Below, in pieces: positions 30,130 to 40,700 of a DNA stretch of 64,000 nucleotides. This stretch comes from Phycisphaeraceae bacterium. Its GTDB lineage: Bacteria > Planctomycetota > Phycisphaerae > Phycisphaerales > Phycisphaeraceae. Positions within the stretch are counted from its first letter, which is position 1. Every line of letters starts with the position of its first letter. The translations under genes were made by a program, and so were the position numbers. The notes below the pieces were generated by a model that saw nothing but the letters and a program-made list of their open reading frames with translations, was not told where the DNA came from and searched no databases. Location of the stretch: NCBI GenBank assembly GCA_963674705.1, contig OY771506.1, positions 96,001-160,000 on the forward strand. The letters are read 5' to 3'.

Positions 30130-33100
30130 AGCGTTTCATCAACGCGACGCCTCCAATTGCAAACAAAACCAGGCTCATAGGCTCAGGAATACTCACGTTC
30201 CCCCCCGCCGGTGTGCCCGCGTTCCAGTTGTTCAACACAACATCCAGATCGTCCAGCCCGACAAAACCGTCGCCCGACGGATCGCCTTCAGTCCAGTCGC
30301 CGGCCACCACGTTCGTATTCCAATTACCCAGCACGATGTCAAGATCATCCAGCCCGACAAAACCGTCGCCGTTCAGATCACCATCGAGCAATGAAGAGAC
30401 GATCTGCAATACACCCGTCGTCAGCAATGCCGATATGTCCCAATCCATGCCGCTACCTAAAACAGGCAGCAGGTAGTCATCGAATGCGCCGCTGACGGAT
30501 GCAAAGTCGAACAGGTCGAAGCTGTCGCCGAGCCCCAAAGCCGGCGCGGAACCATCGAGCAATACTTCGAGCGTGCCCGCCGCGTTGAAGTTGCCGGTGA
30601 TATCCAGCAAATCATTGATCCCGGACGTAGCGATATCGAAGGTCACGATCACATCACTGTTCAAGACCACATCCCCGTCCACCGTCAGCACCTCGGGCAG
30701 ATACGCCGTACCCGAACCGCTAGCAAGCGGGTTGTCCGTATCGACGCCGTCGAGCTTGTAAAGGTTGTCGATCCGCACGCGCCCGTCGTCGCGGCCGGTG
30801 ATGCCGAACGCTCCGAGATTAACCGGATCGGTGATTCGCCCGAACTCCACACCGCTTAACGCAAGCGCCCCGTCATCAGTGCCTGTCGAAGTATAAACAT
30901 CGAACACCTTGTTCGCGTTGTCCACAACCAGCCAGACGTTCTGCCACTGCCCATCGGTAAGCGCCGTGACGATGCCGCCGCTGCGGTTGTCGCCGTAGAC
31001 ACCGAAGCTGGCAGCGCCGGGCGAGCCGCTGACATAAGGCATGACCGCGTAGTCGGCATAGGCATCGTTAACATCAAGCGCCGATAAGTCAGAGGTCAGA
31101 CCCATCATGGTGTCGGCGTAGGCGTTGCCTTCGTTCATGACCTGGAAGAAGTACGTCGCCGTCTCGCCGTTGGCCAGGCTGTAGTCGTTAGCGAAGTTGT
31201 TCGCCATGTCGGTCACACCGCCGCGCCAGCCGGCCGTACCCTGCGCCGGCTCGCCGAAGACGCCGAGTGAATTATCACCCGCGGTGGCGTTGTCAAGGAT
31301 TTGTGCGTTGCCGGTCCCGTCGAACACGCCGTCCCACACGCCGCCGGTTACATCGCCGTTGCTGTGTGCGCCGATGTATTGCGTCCGGTCGTTGTTGTAC
31401 GAATCGAAGTTGTCGATCAGCGAAGGTTCGTCGATCGGCAAGCCCGCCGCGCCGATCCGCAATTGCGAACCGGCCAAGGCGACGAGATCGTTCTTGACTT
31501 CACCGCCGCCGGCAAGTGTCGCGCCGCCGGCGACCGTGGTCAGCCCCATGCCGGTCGTGCCGTCGACCACGAGCGTGCCCGCGAGCACATCGGTCGGGCC
31601 GGTGTAGGTGTTGGCGCCTCTAAGCGTCAGCGTGCCGATGCCGTTCTTGGTCAGTCCGCCGTTGCCGCCGCCATCAAGTAACGCCTGCGCGATCGTGATA
31701 TCAAACCCGTTGGAATCCACCACCGCCCCGCCCGACTTGATCGTCGTCTGCGTCAAGCCCTGCATGAACTTTGCCGCGGAGGTCGTGGCGGTGAGTGTGC
31801 CGCCATCAAAGTGGAAGGTGCTGTTACCCATGCCGCCCTGCACCGCGCCGGTATGAAGCTCGCCGCCCGAGAGGTTGTACGTGCCTGCGCTGGCGGTATG
31901 CGATGAACCGATCGCGACGTAGCTGCTTGCGGTGACGACGCCGCCGCTCTGGACGACCGTGCCCGTGCCGCCGGCCGAAAGAGGCTGCGTGCCGTTATTG
32001 GTGGTGCGTGTCCAACCCTTGCCGACATAAAGCTGCCCGACGTTGAGCGCCGCGTTATCCTCGATGTGCAGTTCACCCGTGCCGCCGAAGTCCGCAATGT
32101 TGAAGTCCTGGTTGGCGCCGTTCACCTCGGCATTACCGCGCAGGATCATCACAGCACTTTCGTTCTGATACACGCCGACCGAGATGTGGTTGCCGCTGTT
32201 CAGTTCACCGTCCGAATCGATCACCGTCGTGCCCTGGCGCGCGTGGAACGCAACGCCGCTGTCGAGTGTCGTCGTGCCGGTCAGCGTGAGCGTGGCCGAG
32301 CCGTTCTTGATGAGCTTGGGCGTGGAGAACATCGAATCGCCGAAGCCGCGCAACGAACCGGGGCTGCCGCCGGTGATATCGGCGCTGATGGTTGCATCGG
32401 CGTTGCTCGTGATGCGCGAGTGCGGCCGAACGGAAAGCGAACGACCGGCAGACCCCGCGATCGTGTAGCTGCCGCTTGAAGTCGTATTAAAAATGATATC
32501 GGTGACGGGGATCGTCGCGTCGAGCGTGACCGTGCCCGCCGTACCGTTGCCCGAACCGAAGATCACCTGCTCGGTGCGCTCGGGGCCGTTGAAGGCGTAG
32601 TTCGTGCCGTCGGTGAAGTTGGTGGAAGTCAGGTTCCACGTGCCCGATCCGTCGACCGCCGTTGTGCCCGCGCCGGGGTTGGCGTTCCATGTGAGTACGG
32701 CATGTGGATAGACGGTATTGTGGATCGTGGAGGCATAGGACTGAAGGAAGCCATACGCGCCGCTTGCGCCGCCAAGGGTCGTCCCGCCACCGGTCTGGCA
32801 GACGCCGGTCAGCGACCAGTCATACAGATCGAGGCTCTGGTCCGTGGGCATGTTGGCTTCCCACATGGCGCTGCCGCTGTCACCGCCTTGCTGGATGCCG
32901 AGCACGTAGCCGTCGTTGATCAGGCGCGAGTTCTGATTTGCATTAAGGTTGAGATACGCACCGCTGACCCATGGCGTATTAAAGGCTCGGTGAAAACTGA
33001 CGCTGCTGCTGGGGCTGCTGCCAAATGGCCCCCACAACCCGAACCCGCCGATCTGCGCCAAACCATTGCCGGGCCCGGCGACCTGTCGCTTTTCAACACC

Positions 33101-33577
33101 CGTCAACGTCGTTAACTGACCGGATGTGTACCCACCGACATGCACCAGCGCGACATCGGCGCTGCCGAACTCGACGATCTGATCGCCGTAATAGTTTTGG
33201 CCGTAGATGTTGATCTGAATCTGTCCGGCCGGCGCGACCTGGCCGTAGTCGCCGCCGTTCTGCACGACGTGGCGGGCGGTGAGGAACCAGCCGTTTTTCA
33301 GGTACGTCGCGGTCCCGCGTGTGGATGCGGTGCCGTTGTAGATGTAGGACGCGTTGGTGAACTGCCCGTAATTGTCGGTCAATCCGCTCGTGTTCACGGC
33401 GCTGTAGCTGGAATCGGTCGCGTTCCAGAGGACAGCCGACGCCTTTGGCGACACTGCAAAAGTCAACCCCGCCGCCAGTGCACATGTCGTAAGACGCTTG
33501 CCAAGCAACCGCACACGACCGCGCAGCATGATCTGTTGTTTGCGTTCGGCATGCTGGTGGTGGTGCTTCGTTGCCAT
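30116..33577 (-). CDS. Large PEP-CTERM protein 5: trypsin-like serine protease head, stalk, module, dockerin-like domain
   Basis: Triad motifs FLTARHV, ADVAL and GDSGS; GGLTKNGIGTLTLRGANTYTGPT repeat; dockerin; IPEP-TM-KR. Start uncertain (ORF limit 33610). Confidence 0.82.
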   Translation of the reverse strand: MATKHHHQHAERKQQIMLRGRVRLLGKRLTTCALAAGLTFAVSPKASAVLWNATDSSYSAVNTSGLTDNYGQFTNASYIYNGTASTRGTATYLKNGWFLTARHVVQNGGDYGQVAPAGQIQINIYGQNYYGDQIVEFGSADVALVHVGGYTSGQLTTLTGVEKRQVAGPGNGLAQIGGFGLWGPFGSSPSSSVSFHRAFNTPWVSGAYLNLNANQNSRLINDGYVLGIQQGGDSGSAMWEANMPTDQSLDLYDWSLTGVCQTGGGTTLGGASGAYGFLQSYASTIHNTVYPHAVLTWNANPGAGTTAVDGSGTWNLTSTNFTDGTNYAFNGPERTEQVIFGSGNGTAGTVTLDATIPVTDIIFNTTSSGSYTIAGSAGRSLSVRPHSRITSNADATISADITGGSPGSLRGFGDSMFSTPKLIKNGSATLTLTGTTTLDSGVAFHARQGTTVIDSDGELNSGNHISVGVYQNESAVMILRGNAEVNGANQDFNIADFGGTGELHIEDNAALNVGQLYVGKGWTRTTNNGTQPLSAGGTGTVVQSGGVVTASSYVAIGSSHTASAGTYNLSGGELHTGAVQGGMGNSTFHFDGGTLTATTSAAKFMQGLTQTTIKSGGAVVDSNGFDITIAQALLDGGGNGGLTKNGIGTLTLRGANTYTGPTDVLAGTLVVDGTTGMGLTTVAGGATLAGGGEVKNDLVALAGSQLRIGAAGLPIDEPSLIDNFDSYNNDRTQYIGAHSNGDVTGGVWDGVFDGTGNAQILDNATAGDNSLGVFGEPAQGTAGWRGGVTDMANNFANDYSLANGETATYFFQVMNEGNAYADTMMGLTSDLSALDVNDAYADYAVMPYVSGSPGAASFGVYGDNRSGGIVTALTDGQWQNVWLVVDNANKVFDVYTSTGTDDGALALSGVEFGRITDPVNLGAFGITGRDDGRVRIDNLYKLDGVDTDNPLASGSGTAYLPEVLTVDGDVVLNSDVIVTFDIATSGINDLLDITGNFNAAGTLEVLLDGSAPALGLGDSFDLFDFASVSGAFDDYLLPVLGSGMDWDISALLTTGVLQIVSSLLDGDLNGDGFVGLDDLDIVLGNWNTNVVAGDWTEGDPSGDGFVGLDDLDVVLNNWNAGTPAGGNVSIPEPMSLVLFAIGGVALMKRCDTR

Positions 33578-33640
33578 GGCTGTGTCGGACTCTATATAAA
33601 AAAACTGCACGAATGACGCATCAAGGCCTCTTGTCCGCAG

Positions 33641-36316
33641 TCAACGCCTGCGCCTCAGCATCGCCATACCGCCCAGGCCCAGCAGCACAACGCTCGCCGG
33701 CTCGGGAATCGCGGCGTTATCCGTCGGCGGCGTGCCCGCGTTCCAGTTGTTCAACACGATGTCCAGGTCATCCAGACCAACAAATCCATCGCCCGACGGA
33801 TCACCCAACGACCATTCACCCGCCGTCACGTTCGTGTTCCAATTGCCCAGCACGATGTCAAGATCGTCCAGCCCGACAAAACCGTCGCCGTTCAGATCAC
33901 CATCAAGCAGAGATGATACGACTTCGAGCACACCCGTCGTCATCAACGCCGACGTATCCCACATCAGGCCCGAATCAAGCGCCGGCAAAGTAAGCGTGTC
34001 GAACGCGCCGCTGATCGTGACAAAGTTCAGGATGTCGAAGCTGTCGCCCAGGGCCAATGCCGAAACGTTGTTATCGAGCACCACTTCCAGCGTGCCCGCC
34101 GCGGTCAGGTTGCCCGTCACTTCCAACAGGTCGTTGATCCCGTCGGTCGCGATGTCGAAGACAAGCGTCGTCCCGCTTTCAAGAACAAGCTCGCCATCAA
34201 TCGTCAGCACGTCCGGCGAATACGTGAACGCCCCACCACCGACCAGCGGGTTCGCTGTGCTCTCGCCGCTGATCATGTACAGGTTGTCGACGTGCACCAG
34301 GTCCGTGCCGTTGTTCATCGCAGCGAACGCGCCAAGATCAACCGGGTCCGTGATCCGCCCGAACTCCAGCCCCGAGTACGCCAGCGTGCCCGCGTCCGTG
34401 CCTGTCGAGTAGTACATGTCAAACGTCTTGGCGGCGTTGTCCACGACGACCCACACGTTGTACCAGTCGCCGTTGGTCATCGATGTCACCGTCTGGTCAC
34501 CGAGGTTGTCGCTGTAAACCTTCAGGTTCCCGCCGGCAACATAAGGCATGACCGAGAAGTCCTGCCACGAATTGTTGATGTCCACCGTCGCACGACTCTC
34601 GGCCAGCCCGATCATGCAGTCCGTCGCCGTGCCTTCAGCCATCACCTGGAAGAAGTACGTCGCCGTCTCGCCGTCCGCCAGGCTATAGTCGTTGGCGAAG
34701 TTGCTGACAAGATCGGTCTCCGCGCCGCGCCACCCGCTGCCTTCACGCACCGCAAGCGATTGATCGCCGTCCGGATCGTCCGTAATGAGCGCGCCGCCCG
34801 TCCCGTCCCATTCACCGATCCACACGTCACCGGTCAAATTCCCCGGCGTCGCGCCCAGCGCAGTTGTGCTGCTGTTGTCGTACGAATCAAAATCATCGAT
34901 CAGCATCGGCGCCGAAGTCTGCAAACCGGCGCTGCCGATCTGGATCGTCGTGCCGGTCTTCGCCGTGAGTTTACCCGTCACGGCCCCGCTGCCCGACAGT
35001 TTCGCACTGCTGTCCAAACGAATGCCTTCGCTCAGCGCGGTCGCGTCAAGCGTCCCGCCGTCCAGCTCGACATCGGTATCGATATCCATCGAGATGATGT
35101 CGCGCACGCCGTGGAAGCTGACCGTTCCGCCGCTCTTAACACGCATCTTCCCGCTGCCGGAGAAGTTCATGTAATTCTCCATGCGGACCGTGCCCTCAGC
35201 CACTTCAAACACGCCGTCGTTCTCGATCGACGTGCTGTTCATCGTCACCGTGCTCGCGCCGGTCTTGCGCAGCGACGCACCATCCTGCACACGGATCCAC
35301 CCGCCGGATACCGAGTAATCCGTGTTGCCCGACATGATGTTCGTGCCTTCAAGCGCGTTGACATACTTCAGCGTCCCGCCGCTGCCGTTATGCGATAGTT
35401 CGCCGCCCGCAAGAAACGCAACATGCTCGCCATGATCGACGCCGCTGAAGTCGTAAGACTCACCGCTCTCGATCACGCCGATGTATTCATACCCCATCTG
35501 CGTCGGCGTCGCCGGGTTGCCCTCGTAAAGATGCGCATCGCCGAACCAGTGATACCAGGCATAGCCCTCGACCCAACTGGTCGATTCCATCCACGGGATC
35601 ACGATATCCAAAAACTGCCGATTCGCCTCGGAAACTTCCTCATCTGTATAAGCCCCGCCCCAGTCGTGGATCGCAAACTCGGTCACAAACACCGGCAAAC
35701 CCCACTGGTGATACCAGTTCATGCTGCCGATGAAGTTACTCGCCGCCTGCGACGGATTGTCCGGGCTGCTCCAGCCGTACCAGTGGAACGCCACCGCGTC
35801 CACCTGCAACCCGTTGTTGTTCGCCTGTGTCATGAAGTCGCTCATCCACGCCTTACCATCCGACGTATCCGACACCGCCGGCGAAACCAGCTTCTTGCCC
35901 GAACCGGCGAACCCGTTCGATAACGTCGTCCACGACGAGATCGCCTGCGACACCGTCATGTTCGCCTGGTCGCTGCGCTCCGGCTCGTTGAAGCCCAGCA
36001 CCCATTCCACATCCGCGTTGTTCTTCACCGCATTGATGTTGCCGGAATTCACCGCCCAGCCGCCCCAGAACATCGGGGCAAACTGCGCATCAAAACTGCC
36101 GGGATACCCTTCGCCCAAACCCCACGTGTAATACCAACCGGCGCCCGTCGCCTGCAGATTCGAGTAATTCGCGCCAGCATCCGCGAACCCGCGCTTGCTC
36201 GAGAGCACCTGCGCCTCGACAGACGCCGGCGTCACCGCAACCAGCGCCGCCGATGCCGTCATCGCCGCAAGCGCCTGCAACAGGACACGGGTACGGTAAG
36301 ATTGCCTGCCTGTCAT
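33641..36316 (-). CDS. Large PEP-CTERM protein 6: GH128 (beta-1,3-glucanase-like) head, module, dockerin-like domain
   Basis: KRG, WYYTWG, LGFNEPERSDQAN, VDAVAFHWY, PVFVTEFA. The head is a paralog of the 27325 gene head. Ends IPEP-TM-RRRR. Confidence 0.87.
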   Translation of the reverse strand: MTGRQSYRTRVLLQALAAMTASAALVAVTPASVEAQVLSSKRGFADAGANYSNLQATGAGWYYTWGLGEGYPGSFDAQFAPMFWGGWAVNSGNINAVKNNADVEWVLGFNEPERSDQANMTVSQAISSWTTLSNGFAGSGKKLVSPAVSDTSDGKAWMSDFMTQANNNGLQVDAVAFHWYGWSSPDNPSQAASNFIGSMNWYHQWGLPVFVTEFAIHDWGGAYTDEEVSEANRQFLDIVIPWMESTSWVEGYAWYHWFGDAHLYEGNPATPTQMGYEYIGVIESGESYDFSGVDHGEHVAFLAGGELSHNGSGGTLKYVNALEGTNIMSGNTDYSVSGGWIRVQDGASLRKTGASTVTMNSTSIENDGVFEVAEGTVRMENYMNFSGSGKMRVKSGGTVSFHGVRDIISMDIDTDVELDGGTLDATALSEGIRLDSSAKLSGSGAVTGKLTAKTGTTIQIGSAGLQTSAPMLIDDFDSYDNSSTTALGATPGNLTGDVWIGEWDGTGGALITDDPDGDQSLAVREGSGWRGAETDLVSNFANDYSLADGETATYFFQVMAEGTATDCMIGLAESRATVDINNSWQDFSVMPYVAGGNLKVYSDNLGDQTVTSMTNGDWYNVWVVVDNAAKTFDMYYSTGTDAGTLAYSGLEFGRITDPVDLGAFAAMNNGTDLVHVDNLYMISGESTANPLVGGGAFTYSPDVLTIDGELVLESGTTLVFDIATDGINDLLEVTGNLTAAGTLEVVLDNNVSALALGDSFDILNFVTISGAFDTLTLPALDSGLMWDTSALMTTGVLEVVSSLLDGDLNGDGFVGLDDLDIVLGNWNTNVTAGEWSLGDPSGDGFVGLDDLDIVLNNWNAGTPPTDNAAIPEPASVVLLGLGGMAMLRRRR

Positions 36317-36485
36317 CTACAGTTCCTCTCTCTCACCCGGCTGGATTAACCGCCGTTGCAGCGGCTAAACAACTCACAAGCGCCCGCCGATGCAAACGCT
36401 CGATACTCGATGCACTGATTACGCGATTCGATGCACACGCGATGCACGGATCAACTGCTGGTCACGGCTCACTGTTAGCTCCTGA

Positions 36486-37643
36486 TCAAGTCGTCTGGTG
36501 CTTGGGCGTCGTCACGCCGACGTTGCCGGAGCGATACTCCAACACGGCATCTTCTTTCTGCTTGCGCCCGCCCGTGTAGCCCCTGGGTTCGATCAGTGAT
36601 GGCGGGACATTAATCACCACCGGTGATTCCAACCGGTTTCGCATCCGCGACCGCAGTCGACGGATCGCGATCCGCGCCACCTCGCGCGGGTTGATATCGA
36701 TCGTCGCCGGCGTCGGTGACATCAGCGACAGTTGTGTCTCATCATTATCACAGCCAATCACCTGGATATCCTGCTGAGGCCGAACCCCCGCCTGTTGCAA
36801 CGCCGGGTAAAGCAGCGCCGCTTCATAATCGCGCGGGCAGAACACCCCGTCAGGCTTGTACCCATCCTTCGCGATCAAGGCCGCCGCCTCTTCCATCGTC
36901 GGCACGACCTTCACCGGCCCGGCATACGCCTTGCCACAGGACACCTCATCATGCACCACGTATGTGCTGATATCCATCCCCTCATCGATCGACGTGCTCG
37001 CAAACATCATCAGACGCTGACGCGTCAACGCCCAGTCGGGCGAAACCGTCACCATCGCCACACGCTTGCAGCCACGATCCGCCAGATAGTTCGCCGCCAG
37101 CCGACCGATACCCAGGTTGTCCGGCAGAATATGATCCATCTGCATGGGGTTCGCATGACCACCCATCGCCCAAACCACCGGCAACTTCTCGGACAGGTCC
37201 TGGATCGTTCGCATCCACTGCACACTGCGCAAAGCCAAACTGCCTACCAGCAGGATCGCGCCGCCCAGGTCACCCCGACGCACAAGCCGGCTCGATTCGT
37301 TCGGCTCGGGGATCTCGTCAAGCATCACATCCACATCGAACTCTCGCGCCGCCGTCGTCACGCCCGCTACAAACGCGCCGATCACAGGCGAAATCATCCA
37401 ATCACGATGCAACTGCCCGACCGTAATCACCGCGATACGACGATTACGAAGCGAGTTGCGACCCGAACGCTCACGCCGGGAAGACAGCTTCGGCCGAGGT
37501 ACAGGCGGCGTGTAACCCAACTGAGACACCGCCTCGCGGATCCGGTTTGCGGTCTCTTTGCGAACCAGCGGCGAGTTGTTTAACGCTCGCGATACCGTCG
37601 CTGTGGACACGCCCGTTAATTTAGCAATTTCCGCTAGTGACAT
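36486..37643 (-). CDS. LacI-family transcriptional regulator (paralog 1)
   Basis: HTH SLAEIAKLTGVSTATVSRALNN and a periplasmic-binding-type C-terminal domain (VIGCDN, PATID). Confidence 0.9.
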   Translation of the reverse strand: MSLAEIAKLTGVSTATVSRALNNSPLVRKETANRIREAVSQLGYTPPVPRPKLSSRRERSGRNSLRNRRIAVITVGQLHRDWMISPVIGAFVAGVTTAAREFDVDVMLDEIPEPNESSRLVRRGDLGGAILLVGSLALRSVQWMRTIQDLSEKLPVVWAMGGHANPMQMDHILPDNLGIGRLAANYLADRGCKRVAMVTVSPDWALTRQRLMMFASTSIDEGMDISTYVVHDEVSCGKAYAGPVKVVPTMEEAAALIAKDGYKPDGVFCPRDYEAALLYPALQQAGVRPQQDIQVIGCDNDETQLSLMSPTPATIDINPREVARIAIRRLRSRMRNRLESPVVINVPPSLIEPRGYTGGRKQKEDAVLEYRSGNVGVTTPKHQTT

Positions 37644-37751
37644 AGCCGTATACTTGATTAAAACGGAAAGATGAAGTGCCGTCCGGCACGGCGTGATGGC
37701 GAAACTACGACCCGCTCACCACGCCGTACCGTCACGGCGGTCAGTCAAACA

Positions 37752-40700
37752 TTACGCACTGCGACGCTTCAATAGCGCCATACCACCCAGGCCCAGCAGC
37801 ACGAGGCTCGCCGGTTCCGGGACGGCCGCACCGGAACTCGGCGGCGTGCCGTTGTTCCAGTTGGTCAACACGAAGTCAAGGTCATCCAGGCCGACAAACC
37901 CGTCACCCGACGGATCGCCCAGAGACCATTCGCCTGCGGTCACGTTGGTGTTCCAATTCGTCAGGACGATGTCCAGGTCAGCCAGGCCGACGAATCCATC
38001 ACCGTTCAGGTCGCCATCCAGCAACGCGCTGGCGATGACCTGGATCACACCGTCAACCATCAGGCTGCTGGTGTCCCATTCGAGACTGCCGGTCAATGTC
38101 GGCAGGCTGATGGTGTCGAACGCACCGGTGATCGAACCGAAGTCCAGGATATCAAAGACGTCGCCTTCAGCCAGCGTCACCGCGCCATCAAGCGCCACAT
38201 CCAACGTGCCGCCCGCAGTCAGTTCACCGGTAATGCTCAGCAGGTCGTTGATACCGCTGGTGGCGATATCCAACGCCAGGATCGAACCGGCATTAATAAC
38301 CAGGTCGCCTTCGACCGTCAGCGTTTCAGGTTCGTAAGAACCGAGTGTGCCGCTCCAAGTCGTCGTCAGCGGGTTCGTAACGTTCTCACCGCTGAAGTCC
38401 ACATAGAGGTTGTCGATGTGAACCGGGTCGGTGCCGTTATTGGAGATACCGAAGGCCGCCAGATCCGTCGGATCGGTGATGCGGCCGAACTCGATATCCG
38501 CACGCAGCAGCGTACCGTCATCCGTGCCGGACGAGCCGTACAGATCAAACGTCTTGTTGGCGTTGTCGACGACAACCCACACGTTGTAGTACGTGCCGGC
38601 GGTCATCGCCATCACATCGTTCGCGCCGGTGCCGTTGTCACCGTACACGTCCAGATTACCACCAGCGCTGAACGGCATGACCGCGAAGTCCTGCCATGCG
38701 TTGTTTTCATCCAGCGAATCAACACTGCTGGTCAGACCGATCATGCAGTCCGTCGCCGTGCCTTCCGCCATCAACTGGAAGAAGTACGTCGCCGTTGCGC
38801 CATCGGGCAGGCTGTAGTCATTGGCGAAGCTGGTCGCCAGGTTCGTCTCGGCACCACGCCACACGCCATCGGCTGCCGCCGCGGCCAGTGAGTTGTCGCT
38901 GGCGACACTGTCATCAACGATCGTCGCACCGGTCGTGCCGTCGGGGACACCGACCCACACATCACCGGTCAGGTTGCCCGGGGTTGCACCCAAGGCGGTC
39001 GTGCTGCTGTTGTCATAGCCGTCGAAGTTGTCGATCAGGCCCGTCACCTTGATGGTGGACGGCATGCCGGCTTCGCCGACCTGGATCAACGAACCATTCA
39101 GAGCCGACACGGTACCGATCACCGCACCGTCGCCCTTCAGCGTCTTGCCGCTGGCAACCGACAGGCCCGCACCGGCGTTCATCGCCGACACGTCCAGACG
39201 ACCACCGGCCACATCAATGTTCGTCACCGTCAGCGCCGAGCCGTCTGCCATCACCATCGCACCCGTGCCGGAGCCGGTGACGTTCAACGTGCCCGTGCCA
39301 CTGAGCGTGCCGGTCACATTCAGGGATGAACCATCCAGGACATCGGCCGTCAGCGTGTTCGCATTAAGCGCCACGTTGTTGACGGTCATGCCGTCGGCAC
39401 CCGTGCCGCCGTCGACCTGCATCGTGCCGCCGTTGGCGCCGACGCTGATGTTACCCGTGAAGGAAACCGCTGCGGGATCCGCGCCGCCGACACGGATCGT
39501 GCCGCCGTTGAGCGTGATCGCTTCATCGGTCGTTAACGCCTGGCCGAACGAACGCAGCGAGCCGCCGCTGTTCACCACGGTACCCGCGGCTGTCGAGCCA
39601 AGGCCGCTACCCTGCGTAAAGTCAAGGTTGCCGCCGTTGATCGTCGTCACGCCTGTGTAGCTGTTATCACCTTCCAGAACGAGTGTGCCGGACTGAACCG
39701 TCACCGAACCCGCGCCACTGACCGAACCGCTGATCACGTTCGCGCCCGTGCTGCTGCCGTTGCCGGCTTGAAGCTTCGCACCCGAAGCTAACGTCACGTC
39801 ACCCGTGATTGCACTGTCGGCATTGGCCAGAACCAGTGTCGCGCTCGCACCGATCGCCACATCGCCCGAGCCTTCAACTCCAGCACCCGTCAGGGTCGTG
39901 GTGCCCGATGCGATGTTCATCCCGCCCGGCGTCACCGCTGTGGCGATGTCCACCGTGCCGGCGTTGTTGAAAGTGACACTGTCAAGATCGAAGTACAGGC
40001 TGTCGCTGCTGCTCCAGTTGGCGGTCGTGCCGACGTCCCAGGTGCTGTTGGTCGCACCTGTCCAGACAACACTCTCGGCCGCGGCGAACTGAACTTTCAG
40101 GTCACCACCGCTGAATGTCGCCGACACCGAATCATCCTGACGCGTGTTCAATTGCGTGCCGGATTCATTGAAGATCGCGACGTTGAAGTTGGCCGTGCTC
40201 ACGCTGCCGCTGCCGCTGCCGCCGTTGATCAGCGTGTAAGCGGCTGTATCAAGCGCACCATCCACCGCGGTCACGTTCAGGTTGTACGTGCCGCCGCCGC
40301 TGGCGCCCAGCGTCACCAAACCGCTGACGTTCAGCAGGTCGTTCGTCCCGGCCGCGGAACCACTCAGGTCGTAGTTCAAACCACCGTTGGGATTCAGGAC
40401 CGTCGGGGTAAAGCTCAGGTTGCCGGTGATCGTCAGCGTACCCACGCCGCTATCACCCGGGGCGAACATCGCATCTTCATACGCGGACATCGTGCCCGAG
40501 CCGGTGTTGATCGTGCCGGCACCGGTCACCAGTTGACCGATCTCGTCACCGTTGAACGCCGTCCCGTCCGGGTCTTCCGTCACCTGCAGGCTGTAGCTCG
40601 CAAACGTGCTGGTATCAAACACCGCACCCGCACGCACATCGATCGTTGAGCTGAACAGTTCACCGACGTTCGACGCGCCGGCCTGAACCTTCAACGTGCC

